Below are positions 34,989 through 48,094 of a DNA stretch of 64,000 nucleotides, in pieces. Made by a program: the position numbers and the translations under genes. Source of the DNA: Octopus vulgaris. Taxonomy: Eukaryota. Numbering within the stretch: the stretch's first letter is position 1; every line of letters starts with the position of its first letter. The notes beneath the pieces were generated by a model. It was not told the origin of the DNA. It did not search any database and saw only the letters and a program-made list of their open reading frames with translations. Location of the stretch: NCBI GenBank assembly GCA_951406725.2, contig OX597820.1, positions 110,856,001 through 110,920,000 of the forward strand. Direction: 5' to 3'.

Positions 34989-36790
34989 TTGCTGAAATAT
35001 ATTAAAAGCTTCATTAGGGATGATTTAGACATGATAGAACACATACCAAAAACAATTAATGAAGAGGCAATATTGGTTACCCTCGATGTTATCACTCTTT
35101 ACATTAAAATACCCCATGACTATGGAATAAAAGCAATTAAATTCTGGTTGGAAAAGTACCCCGAAGTCCTCCCGGAACGCATTAACTAGATCTTTATTAT
35201 TGAATCCTTAATACTTATACTTTATACTTATACCTTTATACTTCAGAATAATTATTTCCTATTTGATGACACATACTATCGTCAGAAATGCGGAATTGCA
35301 ATGAGGACGAAAGCAGCTCCTGTTCTTGCGAACCTAATAATCGGTTATTTTGAATTCACCTTATATGAAGTATCACTTCAGAAATATGGTTACCCATTTT
35401 ACCTCTACATAAGAGAAAATTGGAAGCGATACCTGGATGACTGCTTTATTATCTGGAAGGAGAACATCGACAAACTTTTGGATTTCAAAACAACACTAAA
35501 TGACATAAATAGTAACAGTCAATTCACAATGGAATATAACAAAGAACAACTTCCATTTTTAGACATCATGATAAAAAAAGTTAACAATGAAATCATAACT
35601 GACATTTATCATAAACCAACTGATTCAAAACAATATCTTCTTTTTAACTCATGCCACCCGAAACACATAAAAATAAACATCCCTTTCAACTTAACAAAAA
35701 GGATCTGCACAATAGTGTCTGATAGATCAACTCGGGACCTTCGTTTTCAAGGCCCCCAAATAACACTTATTGAAAGACAATATCCACCCTCTCTTATCGA
35801 CGAGGGAATTAAACGTGCCAAACAATTAGACACAAAAACACTAAGAACAAAAAAACATAGCACCACACCTCAAACCAAAACATTACTATCAAACTCTTCC
35901 TTTACTAACTAGAGATCCAAAAATGAGAGACATCCTGAATACACACAAACTCAACAAATGCAAAAAACAAGACAAATCGCTAAAGAGACTACTAACAAAT
36001 GCGAAGCTTTACAAAACAACCACGAAACCAACGGTTGAAAAATGTGGACGCCCAAACTGTGGAACCTGCCCCAACCTGCTTGAAGGCTCGGGTTTCCTTT
36101 TCAGACAAGGACAGAGGTTCACAATTAAAACTAGTTTCACCTGTGCCTCTGAGAACCTAATTTATGTAATAACCTGCTCGGGTTGCGGACACCACTATAT
36201 TGGACAAACGAGTATGACCTTGAGAAAGAGAACCACTCTACATAAGGAGCAAATCCATTTCCCGCAATACAGACAAATTCCTCTCAGTGAACATATAGAA
36301 AAATGTGCAGGTAACATCAAACCAAATTTCACAGTCTTCCCTTTCTACCAGTGCAAAGACGCAATCTCTCAACTAGAACGTTTAAATAAACTTTTTCATT
36401 GAAAAATACAAAACACGTCTTAATATGCACGCCTAACCAACTTTTATTTTTTACATATTTCAATTCACGATTACATCACTGTACATAAATCCCCTACTAA
36501 ACAAGGGTTTTGAAACTTGTCTCTGCCTGTACACATATATAATCCCCACCCATTACCGAAAGCTGAACAGTTATCTCCCTTACCCACAACAATAACAATA
36601 ACAACAACCAATTACCTCCCTTTATCTATCTACTGGTGAAGTCATTCACTCGTGAATTTCCTCATACACAACATGGAACAGATTTCTTCTTAAGAAGAAA
36701 TATATATTCAAATAAGTAAAACATAATATCATGAATAGCAATAGCGAAACCGGTCGATATAGTAAAAATTATATTAAAACTATGTAAGTG
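34985..36790 (+). mobile_element. Penelope-like element (Neptune-type), 5'-truncated at (TA)n and frameshifted
   Basis: LVTLDVITLY..IPH, WKRYLDDCF, LPFLDI, IYHKPTD...SCHPKH, CGRPNCGTCP, FTCASENLIYVITCSGCGHHYIGQT (GIY-YIG); hammerhead-like motif at the 3' end. Confidence 0.9.
36625..36762 (+). ncRNA. Degenerate hammerhead-like motif in PLE 3' pLTR
   Basis: CTGGTGA (A6G)...~105-nt stem II region...GAAAC-CG-GTC (palindrome ACCGGT); stem I imperfect. Confidence 0.45.
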
Positions 36791-36809
36791 TGCGTATTTT
36801 CCTTTTTTA

Positions 36810-36847
<38 letters not shown>

Positions 36848-36883
36848 GCATCAAATGAAATAAAAAACAGCACAAAGTATGTC

Positions 36884-36975
36884 GCGGTACACGTGTTTCA
36901 AGCTTTATACAACAACCTATTCATACATCAATGTATAATCGACATAACAGATGGTTTAAAGCTCTCTTCAGGCGC
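36884..36975 (-). ncRNA. Type-I hammerhead ribozyme candidate (inverted twin of 43254-43345)
   Basis: rc: GCGC-CTGAAGA-GAGCTTTA...TAAAGCTT-GAAAC-ACGT-GTA-CCGC. Confidence 0.7.
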
Positions 36976-37120
36976 ATGCAATTGCCATACCAAAGACTAT
37001 ACCAAAGGATCATTAGATTCAAAGATAAAAACAAGCTAGTTAATAAACGATCTGAATTTAAGCCATCTTGCATGTATAAACTAACTAAAACCTTTAAATA
37101 TTATAATCCTTAATTCTCCA

Positions 37121-38305
37121 TTGTTGTTGTTGGCATCCTTTTTGTCTCGGGAGACAATGGAGTTGCGCATAAAATAGTCCAGTCCGGCTTTTACATTTCA
37201 TGTCCTGATACATTTCCTGCTGTGGCTGTGTAGTCCTATCCTGGACAAACACTCCCTCTGGCAGGTACCGCAAATGTAGCGAAGACTGTTCCTGGCTGGT
37301 TGTAGTGTCTTAGTTTCTTGTTGATGTCTTTTCTTGTCTTTCCATTTCTCCTCTCTCTATCACTCTTTTGTATTCCCTCTTTTACAGTACGTCGCCAATC
37401 CCCACGGTTGCTGGCAATTGCTTCCCAATTGCTAATATTGATGTTGCAGGCCTTCATGTCCCTTTTGCAAACATCCTTGTAACGTAAGAACGGTCTACCC
37501 ACAGACCTAGTACCCCTAGCAAGCTCTCCGTAGAGTATGTCCTTGGGGATTCTGCCATCTTTCATACGGCTAACATGCCCCAGCCATCTCATACGTCTTT
37601 GTGTGAGGAGTGCAAACATGCTTGGTATTCCTGCTTGCCTGAGGACATCTTTGTTGGGGATATGATTTTGCCATTTGATGCGGAGGATTTTCCGGAGGCG
37701 GCGCAGGTAAAAGATGTTTAGGCGACGCTCTTAGCGTGTGTATAGCGTCCAAGTCTCACTTCCATACAGTAGAGTGCTAAGTACACATGCCTGGTAGATC
37801 TTCATTTTCGTGGTCTTGGTCAGCTTATTGTTGTCCCATGCCCGTTTGGAGAGTTAGGCCATCGCAGCAGCTGCCTTGCCAATGCGTATATTGAGCTCAG
37901 CGTCAAGGGATAGGTTGTAGGTGATGGTAGAGCCAAGATAGGTAAACTTCTCCACCTCCTGTAATCTGTGGTCTCCAATATGTATGTTTGGGATGTCCGA
38001 TGTAGCCAAAGTCGTTACATAGCTAAGCCAAAGTCGTTACATGCTTGCTCAAAACAGTTAATGAGCCTTTGGAGGGCTTCTTCTGTGTGTGATACCAGAG
38101 CGGCATCATCAGCAAATAGCATCTCCTTGATCAGGACGTTTCTGATTTTGATCTTGGTACGCAGGCGCGAGAGATTGAACAGTTTCCTGTCACTTCTACT
38201 GTGCAGAAACACTCCATCATCTGATGTCTGAAAGGCATGAGAGAGCAAGAGCGAGAAGAAAATGCCAAATAATGTAGGAGCGAGGACACAACCTTGCTTT
38301 ACCTT
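37121..38305 (-). mobile_element. RTE-clade (BovB/AviRTE-like) LINE 3' fragment
   Basis: VKQGCVLAPTLF, EMLFADDAAL, RRMRWLGHVSRMKDGRIPKDILYGEL; (CAA)n tail. Confidence 0.9.
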
Positions 38306-39167
38306 CATAATCATTTCACATTGGATTTTCAATAATCTACTCCACCCTACCACTACTCAGGTATTAGATTAACTAATCTTGGACTTACCCCCAACAACTC
38401 TATCCCCGGATAGTATGCACATACCATTCAATCTGGAAAACTTATACTTACTTATGCGTATCTATATGGAACATAGATAATTAATCTAACCATTGTCCCT
38501 ATAATTTAGCATATAACTTCATTAATATCTTTATTAATGTTAACATTAGATGAGTAATATAGGGTAATAAATACCTAGAATCTTTTAGCTTCTCACTTCC
38601 CCTAACAATATAAATTATTTTACATAGTGGATAATCTTAAAATCTCTCAAACCAATGCATTTTTCCAATCAATATTATATTATAATATTGTAACAATATT
38701 GCTTCTGTACTTTGCTTTTGTATTTTTCCTTACTTTTTCTTATTTTTCGTATTTTTCTTATTTTTCCTATTTTTTCCTATTTTCTTATTTTCCATATCGT
38801 TTTTATACTTTATTTTTACCGTATAATTTTCTAATTTTACCGTTATTTTTATCTTTACATTTAAATTAATTAAAATCAAGATAGATATTTAGATAATGTC
38901 ATGCTTTTACGTGTGTGTATGCATGAATCCACGGGCGTGTATGTATGAAGATTTATACATAGTGGGATTTACATGTATGCATGCGAGAGTGTATATATGA
39001 GTGGAAGTGTACACACACATACACACACGTATGTGTGTATATATATGTGTGTGTGTGTGGGGGTGGGTGGGTGTATGTATGTGCATGTATATGTATGTGT
39101 GTACTTATATGTAAGTGTATGTGGCTGTATGCATATGTATATGTATGTGTATATGTGTATGTGTATG

Positions 39168-39202
<35 letters not shown>

Positions 39203-39298
39203 GGGAAGCTTTATGAAAATAAACAAAAGACGAAGGCAGGTGGAAAACAAACGAACAATTGTATTAGTATGGCGCTCAGGAAATATAAATAAAACAAG

Positions 39299-39336
39299 TC
39301 TTTAACGTTTCGAGCCTACGCTCTTCAACAGAAAGA
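39299..39336 (-). ncRNA. Minimal hammerhead-like motif of the PLE pLTR (A6U variant)
   Basis: rc: TCTTT-CTGTTGA-A-GAGC-GTAG-GCTC-GAAAC-GTT-AAAGA. Confidence 0.6.
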
Positions 39337-39850
39337 TACACAGAGAGAGAAAAACACAGAAAGAAGGAGAGAAAAAAATGCGTGCAGTAGCTAACGAATC
39401 AACATGGCGATCTGATTTCGGCCAGAGGTCAAAGATCAAACATGAGACGCGAGAGCGAAATAAGGGGAGATAATAGGGTTGATAAATGGGTTGAGGGACC
39501 AGCTAAAAGTGCGTGGGAGGGGTCTGGATGTATGTATGTATAGGGTTGGTGTATGTATTAGTATGTATAAGGGTGTGTGTGTGTGTGTGTGTGTGTGTAT
39601 GAGAGAGTATTAGTGCGTAAGATTGGTCTGGACGTGCGTATGTATGGGGTTGGTGTATGTATTAGTATGTATTAGTATGTATTAGTACGTATTGGTATGT
39701 ATAGGTGTGTGTGTGTGTGTGAGAGAGTATAAGTGCGTATGCGGGGTCTGGACGTGTGTATGTATAGGGTTGGTGTAAGTATTAGTATGTACTAGTATGT
39801 ATTAGTACGTATTAGTATGTATTAGTTGGTGTGTGTATTAGTATGGCACA

Positions 39851-41840
39851 TCATGTGATGTGATGTGTAAAGTCATGTGGTGTAGTGAGGAGAAGAAGAG
39901 GGGGAGAGAAGGGGAGGGGAAGAAGAGGGGGAGGAGAAGGGGGAGAGGAGAGGATGGGGAGAAGGAAGGGGATGAGGGGGATGAAGGAGGAAAGAGGGAG
40001 AGGGGGAGAGAGGGAGTGAGGGAGCAGAGGGAAGGGGAAGAGGGAGGGAGAAAGAGGGAAGAAGGGAAGGGGAGTAGGGGTGAAAGGATGAAGGACTGAA
40101 GAAGTAGGGGTCGGGGGAGAAAGGATAGGTGAGGAGGGGGAGAGGGGGGTTAGATGAGGAGGGGGAGAGTTGAGACCAAATGGCGTATAAGAGCGAAGAG
40201 AGAAGATTAATTCCTGTTCACGGCGCAAACGGGAATCCGGATGGCCTCTGTGTAAGGACAAACCGAACACAGATAGGTGTTGCAAGGAGTGACCGGTGGA
40301 GTGGAAATGGCGTGAGACCGGTGTGTCGTTCGCAAGGTGAATGTCACGAAGGTGTTCCGCGAACCGGTCAGCCAAGCGGCGTCCCGTTTGTCCGATGTAC
40401 AAGGAATTGCAGAGAGAGCAAGAGATGCAATAGATAATATTGCTGGAGGTGCAGGTGAAGGAGTGGATGATGGGATAGGGTCGATGGTGGGTGCTAGTGA
40501 GGCGGGTGGTGTTGGAGAGGTAAGGGCAAGTGCGGCAACGTGGGCGGGAGCAGGGGAACGAGCCGGGTTGGGAGGTAGGGTCAGGGAAGGAGCTATGGAC
40601 CAAAAGGTCTCGAAGGTTGTGGGCTCGTTTGAAAGAGGGGAGGGGTCGGTTAGGGAAGAGGTGTGAAGTGGACGGGTCGGACTGGAGATGACGGAAAGCT
40701 CGAAGAATGGTGCGTTGGAGACGTAGGGTCGTGGGGTGGTAAGTGAGGGGAAAAGGGAGGCGGGAGACTACAGGGCGGGTTCGGGGAGAGAGAGCAGATA
40801 CACGGTCCACGGACCGTGCTCTGGCAAGGGCGGTGTGGATAGTGGTGAGGGGGTATCCACGTAGGGTGAAGTGGTGAGCCATACGTTGAGACTGAGTCTC
40901 AAAGTCATGGTCGTCACTACAGAGCCTACGTAGACGGAGGAATTGGGAATAGGGGATGGAAAGCTTGGTGTGTTCTGGGTGGGAGGAAGAGAAGTTGAGG
41001 TATGAGTGTGAGTCTGTGTGTTTGTAGTGAATGGAGGTGGTAAGAGTGGAGTGAAGAATGCTAACCGAAATGTCGAGGAAGGAGACAGAGGTGTTGGAGA
41101 TAGTGGAAGTGAAGTGGAGGGCTGGATGGAAAGATTGGACGAAAGAGAGGAAGGAATCTAGATGTTCGCGGGAGAGTGAGGTGGCACCGATAATGTCGTC
41201 AATATAACGACCATATAGTTCAGGAGTGGGACCAGTGAAATTAGAGAATATTTGGGCCTCAACATAGCCAACGAACAGGTTCGCATAGTTGGGGCCCATT
41301 CGCGTTCCCATGGCCACTCCCGAGACCTGATGGTAGAACTCGCCCGCGAACGAGAAGCAGTTCAGAGTAAGGACAAGTTCGGCCAGACGAATGAGTGTGG
41401 GGGTGTCAGGTACAGGGTTAGAGCGGAGGTCAAGAAAGTGTCGAAGGGCCTGCAGTCCTTCGTGGTGAGGGATAACAGTATAGAGGCTTTGGATGTCCAT
41501 AGTAAAAAGGATTTTGGAGGAGCCGGGAGGAAAGGAGAAAGAGTTGAAAAGCCGGAGAGCATGGTTGGTATCGTGGATGTGGGAGGGAAGAGATGCCACT
41601 AGGGGGGCAAGGACACGGTCGAGGTATTTAGAGATGAGCTCCGTGGGGCAGTTACAGGCGGAGACGATGGGGCGGCCAGGGTTGTTGGGTTTGTGGATTT
41701 TGGGGAGGAAGTAAATGGTGGGGGTACGTGGGGTTCGCACAATTAGGTTGGATGCGGTGCGGGGGAGACGGGAGGACGAGATGAGGTCTTGGACAGTAGA
41801 GGATACCGTCTGTTGGTAGCTACGTGTGGGGTTAGAGGGC
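39851..41840 (-). CDS. PLE reverse transcriptase + Cys-rich linker + GIY-YIG endonuclease (N-terminus lost)
   Basis: YFLPKIHKPNNPGRPIVS, MDIQSLYTVIPH, GVAMGTRMGPNYANLF, RYIDDI, FLDI, CSRPRCRTCP, NIIYCISC..CNSLYIGQTGRRLADRFAEH, REQELI...GLN. Confidence 0.9.
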
Positions 41841-43253
41841 AGAGATATATATATATGTATGCATATGTATGTGTATATGTATGTATATATATATATATGT
41901 GTGTGCTTGTATATTCGAGAATATATAGGTATGTGGATATGTGTGTGTGTGTGTGTGAGTATACACATATATATATGTATATATGGATATGTACATGTGT
42001 GTGCATGTATATGTACGTATACGTGTATATATATATGTGTGTAAGTATGTGTATGTGTAAATTTGGATGTGTATGTATGTATCGGTATATGTGTGTAAAG
42101 ATACATATATATATGTATATATGGGTATGTATATATGTATATGTGTGAGTATGTGTGTGTATATATATGTGTATATATATAGGTGTGTCAATGTATATAT
42201 ATGTGTGTGTGTGTGTATGTGTGTGTGTATGTATATGTGTGCGTATGTGTGAGCGTGTGTGAACATGTACACACACGCACACATGTATATATGTATATAT
42301 ATATTTATCGAGTTTTGCATGGGTGTGGTTTTGTGTGAGTACAGATACCTATACCCGTACATATCATTGGTTGTATGAAACAGGTTTATATATGTGCGCG
42401 TGGGTAAGTATGTAGACACACACACACACAGATACTAGATATACTTAAAGCATGTAGCGACAGATTGCTATAAACTGACCACTCACTACAACAATATCAA
42501 ATTTCATTCCCCCTCCTCTGATAATCAGAAGTAATTTATGACACTTACCCAACATCAAAACCTAAATCTCAAACTTTTTAACATCTTATCTCTCTATCTT
42601 AATTCTTTTGTCTTTATTATCACTTTATATCTTTTATTTTTATTTATTTTTGTATATTTTACATTTTTACAATACATTTCTATTATTTACGGTTTTATAC
42701 CTTACGTTTTTTATATTTTTATATTTTTTTATATATTTTTAAAATATTTTTTATATTTTTATATCTTTTATATTTTATTATATTTTATTTACGGTTATTT
42801 ACGGTTATATATTTTATTGTATTATATTCATTTCTATTTATATTTTTTACTTAGGATCCCAACATTATTACCTTTTTCTCCATTTTTTCCTCCTCTTCCC
42901 TTTCTTTTTCTTCCCACTTTTTTCTCTTTCTTTTCTCTCTATACTCTCCCTATTTCTTTTTTTCTATTTTTTCTATTTCCTCCTTTTCTCCACCTTCACT
43001 TCTCCTTATTTCCTTCCCTTACAAGAGGAATGAACCCACTCGAATCTACTCAACATTCACTCTATGTTGACTGATGATACAGTATGGACGGGTTTTTGAA
43101 GTCCAATGATACCCTACTTACCTATTTGATTATGAAGATTTACAAACTTACTTTCTCAGTGAAACTCAATAAACACACCATTATAGACAATACAAAATGT
43201 ACATTTTCGGTCTTTTCATAATGTGATGGAAATCTTTGGTATAGCAATTGCAT

Positions 43254-43345
43254 GCGGCTGAAGAGAGCTTTAAACCATCTGTTATGTCGATTATACATTG
43301 ATGTAAGAATAGGTTGTTGTATAAAGCTTGAAACACGTGTACCGC
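43254..43345 (+). ncRNA. Type-I hammerhead ribozyme candidate, fully canonical core
   Basis: GCGG-CTGAAGA-GAGCTTTA-(long loop)-TAAAGCTT-GAAAC-ACGT-GTA^CCGC; all three stems pair; predicted cleavage after 43341. Confidence 0.8.
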
Positions 43346-43455
43346 GACGTCTTTTGTGTTCTGTTTTTTATTTCATTTGATGCATATACCCTCTCACCTC
43401 TGCTACTAGCTGGCATATACGGGTGCTTACACTTATCAAGTATTCAAGTATTCAC

Positions 43456-43489
<34 letters not shown>

Positions 43490-43600
43490 AGAGGAAAAAA
43501 ACTTTTGATAAGCATAACAAATGCGCAACCGGTAAAAAGAACTTCACCTAATTAAATTACTTAAATTACTTAAATTATTTTGTCAGCATTTTCTTCATTT

Positions 43601-43658
<58 letters not shown>

Positions 43659-43873
43659 GTACGAAACAATTGTACCGATATATTGATCCATTCTTATTGC
43701 TTTTTTCTACTTGTAATCACCCCAATTTGTCGTATGGTTAACACCATATAGATTTCCGGTGCATCCTAGTTAAGGACCATATTCATGTGAATTCATTAGA
43801 ACTCACTTGAATCTCAATTGCTTAAACCGTATATATATATATACATACATACATACATACATACATACATACA

Positions 43874-43906
<33 letters not shown>

Positions 43907-44742
43907 GTATGTATGTATATAGGCGCAGGGATAACTGTGTGGTAAGTAAGCTTGCTTCCCCAAGGCGGCGGGCAGGCAGAAACGTTAGCACGCCAGGCAA
44001 AATGCTTAGCAGTATTTCGTCTGCCGCTACGTTCTGAGGTCAAATTCGGGGTCGATTAAATAAGTACCAGTTACGCACTGGGGTCGATGTAATCGACTTA
44101 ATCCGTTTGTCTGTCCTTGTTTGTCCCCTCTGTGTGTAGCCCCTTGTGGGCAGTAAAGAAATAAGAAGCTTGCTTCCCAACCACAGGGTTTCGGGTTCAG
44201 TCCCACTGCGTGGTACCTTGAGCATGAGTCGTCTTCTATAGCCTCGGAACGACCGAAGCCTTGTGAGCGGAGTAGACGGAAACTGAAAGAAGCCCGTCGT
44301 ACATATATATATATATTACTTTTTTTACTTTTTTACTTTTTTTACTTGTTTCAGTCATTTGACTGCGGCCATGCAAGAGCACCGCCTTTAGTCGAGCAAA
44401 TCGACCCCGGGACTTATTCTTTGTAAGCCCAGTACATATTCTATCGGTCTCTTTTGCTGAACCGCTAAGTGACGGGGGACGTAAACACACCAGCATCGGT
44501 TGACAAGCAATGCTAGGGGGACAAACACACACACACAAACACACACACATACACACATATATATATATATACATATATACGACAGGCTTCTTTCAGTTTC
44601 CGTCTACCAAATCCACTCACAAGGCATTGGTTGGCCCGGGGCTATAGCAGAAGACACTTTCCCAAGGTGTCACGCAGTGGGACTGAACCCGGAACCATGT
44701 GGTTGTTTAGGAAGGTACTTACCACACAGCCACTCCTGCGCC

Positions 44743-44773
<31 letters not shown>

Positions 44774-44871
44774 ATATAGGGTGAAATCAATTAATTTGGA
44801 ATAATCATTAATTTCACCAAGTAGATTTCGGCATGTAAAAGCCCCATTCGAGGAAAGTTTAAGTAATTCTA

Positions 44872-45162
44872 AGTAATTAAGGGTTTAGCAACGATTTGCC
44901 TCACCACACACTGAGTTTAGAAATAGCAGTCAAAGAGTTATATCTATTCCTTCTACTAAAAGAGAGATCTCAGTAAAACCACAGCACTTAGAAGGCATAC
45001 GCGGGCAAGAGAGAAAGAAATGACGACAATCATACAATATTAAGTCACCTACGGACGTACGTTTCGAAATTAAGTTTTAGTAAAGCATAAGAATTAGATG
45101 ATTATGTCTTACCCAACTTTTTGGGTGTGGTGAGGCAAATCGTTGCTAAACCCTTAATTACT
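44872..45162. repeat. Perfect 38-bp inverted repeat enclosing a hammerhead 3' half
   Basis: Arms 44872-44909 and 45125-45162; rc GAAAC-GTAC-GTC at ~45055-45066. Confidence 0.85.
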
Positions 45163-45360
45163 ATATATATATATATATAAATATAGTTACAAATTGAGAT
45201 AGGGGTTGTAAATGCAACCCTCCATGGGATAACATATATCCAATATACTGCTAGTGAAGTACCCAACAAAATTAATACATAAATGTTAATGATTGCGATG
45301 CAATTAATTCATTTACTGTATTATATGGGCAAAGGTAAAATGATTTACCACAAATTACTA

Positions 45361-45736
45361 ATACAAGATAAGAAAATGGAGAAATACATCTAAATCAAAT
45401 ATCAATTACCAGATAATACTCAATCACATACTTTATTAAACCACCACATAAGAGACTGTAGGGTTAAATATAAAAAGCAGAACAAATCAGTGTACATAAA
45501 GGAATGTACATAAAAAAAGTGTACATAAACGAGTAATGTTGTATAATAAGTAGAATGTATATAAAGGAGAATATAAATATAAGTAAATATAAATATAAGT
45601 ATAGATTACATCTTACCTGCTTTTTATATTTAACCCTACAGTCTCTTATGTGGTGGTTTAATAAAGTATGTGATTGAGTATTATCTGGTAATTGATATTT
45701 GATTTAGATGTATTTCTCCATTTTCTTATCTTGTAT
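45361..45736. repeat. Apparently perfect 120-bp inverted repeat with 136-bp spacer
   Basis: 45361-45480 equals the reverse complement of 45617-45736 by eye. Confidence 0.9.
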
Positions 45737-46626
45737 ATATAAATATATATATATATACATGTATATATATATGTGTGTGTGTGTTCGTCTTTGTGTTTGT
45801 GTTTGTCCCACCACCGCTTGACAACCGTTGTTGATGCATTTGCGTCCCCGTAATTTAGTGGTTCGGCAATGGAAACCGATAGAATAAGTACCAGGCTTTA
45901 AAAAATAAGTAAGGGGTCGATTCATTCGACTAAAAATTCAAGACGGTGCTCTAGCATGGCCGCAGTCTAATGACTGAAGCAAGTCGAAAAAAGATTCTGT
46001 GAACTGTGACTATATTTGTGGGTATTTGCATACTTACAGAACTGCGTGCCTATTTTTGGGAGTTTATGTCTATCTCTATGTGCATTTATATTGCATATAG
46101 CTACTGATGCTGAGTGAACAACGAACGCCAGAAATTAAGAACAACAACAGTCAATAATAAATGTAAACTGTTGAACTGTACTGATTATAGTTCACAGCCT
46201 TGAGGAAACCCATTTCGAAGTTACAATCAAATCACATATTAATCACAACCTTTTAACCTTTTCTTTCTTTTATCTGCGATCATATTTTTTGCTGGCCGCC
46301 ATTTTGGGCAAAAAAAAGAGAGAGAGAAAATTACGGATCAATAATCACTTGTTATTTTTTTCTTTTCGAGCAAATTTATGTATTTTTCCTATTACAATAT
46401 AATTTTCAATTCCAAGTTTCAATAATTTGTCTTTTATAATTATTTTTGTAATCTGGCTGCCATGTGCAAAATTTAAGAAAACGATAATATTTTCCACTCG
46501 GAGGTTTCGTTTATTTGGATTGCTTATTGTTGTTGTTGTTGTTGCTGTTGCTGTAGTTGTTGCTGCTGCTGCTGTTGCTGTTATTGTTGTTGTTGTTGTT
46601 GTTATTGTTGTTGTTATTGTTGTTGC

Positions 46627-46693
<67 letters not shown>

Positions 46694-48031
46694 ATAATAA
46701 TAATTATTATTATTATAACTGAAGAAATCAATATAACTGGTTGTTAAATGTTTCTACAAGTTCTTGTTTCAAGTCGATTTACTTGCAGCTATTTCTCTTA
46801 TAACGGCCCGATATCAAAAGGTATTTATGATGTGAATCCATTTTTTATTCTATTTGAAGAACAACAGTGTCCACTGCGACCTTTTTTGTAAGACGATAAA
46901 AACATCATTAAAGGGAATTTTGGCTGCCGTTTGTTTCTATTTCTGTAGCTAGAACTATTGCCATTTGGGGGATGTCCTTGAGTTTGCAAACTTCTATCAT
47001 CACCACGTAAAGCACAAAACATTACTCATCATGAATGCCGTACATCCTCCTCGAAATTCCACTTGGAGCGGACAGTTCCGTTGCTCCATTTATCTATGGT
47101 AGTGGCTCTCTCTTTGGCTCCTATAAACATTTTCACATTGATAATAATTGTAGCTGTTATGATAGCAGTGGTGGTATGATTGATGTGTTGGTATTAGTGG
47201 TTGTAGTGGTTGTGGTGATGGTGATGATAGTGTTTCCATAGGTGGTAGTTGATATATTGCGAATAGCGATGTTTAATATGAGACAATAAAATGATTTAAA
47301 TTACAGTTGTTGTAACTGCGGTGGTATAGACGGCAGTATATGATAAATAACTGATATACGAGGTCACATTTGATGGACATATTCTATATACACACTCACT
47401 GAACAGCTGCGGCATATAGATTGATGTTGAATAGACAATCAAAGAAAAGAGATAGGAAATAGAGGTAGTGAGTAGACGCGTGTGGGATGTTGACTAGATG
47501 GACTGACATATTTAGTGAAACGTTGATTAGATAGATAGTCTGTTGATGACGTCTGAAGAGATCACAACCCGAAAATTTCTATGAGATAATCTATGTTTAT
47601 ATATGCACACATACATAATACATACATACATACGTATGTACATACATACGTATGTACATACATATCTATATACGTACAAAGATATGTGTGTGCTTCTGTG
47701 TGCACATATGTATGTGCTTGTGCATACATACTTGTGTTCTTGTGTGTGTAAGCATGCACGTGCATATGTATGTAAGTATACATATACAATAAATAAATAT
47801 ACATAAGATGTCACATATATAAATATGTGAGATATCTTTCAAATGTATATAGGCGCAGGAGTGTCTGTGTGGGAAGTAGCTTGTTTACTAACCACACGGT
47901 TCCGGATTCAGTCCCACTGCGTGGCACCTTGGGCAAGCGTCTTCTCCTATAGTCTCGGGCCGACCAAAGCCTTGTAAGTGGATTTAGTAGACGGAAATTG
48001 AAAGAAGCCCGTCGTATATATGTGTATGTAT

Positions 48032-48085
<54 letters not shown>

Positions 48086-48094
48086 ATTCTAATT

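Larger units (their letters stand above)
39203..41840 (-). mobile_element. Penelope-like element (Neptune-type), 5'-truncated, with intact RT and GIY-YIG
   Basis: Intact ORF below, then a polypyrimidine/tandem-repeat spacer and a terminal segment with a hammerhead-like motif; bounded by TA-rich microsatellites. Confidence 0.92.

Noticed and set aside
46284-46310. YY1-like GCCGCCATTTT motif as a promoter
   Set aside because: Single short motif with no supporting gene structure.
46825-47241. Short ORFs in apparently unique sequence
   Set aside because: No recognisable domain or convincing splice sites.
47545-47580. CTGAAGA...GAAA (also 46719 and 51228)
   Set aside because: Stems do not pair or the GAAAC/NUH elements are missing.
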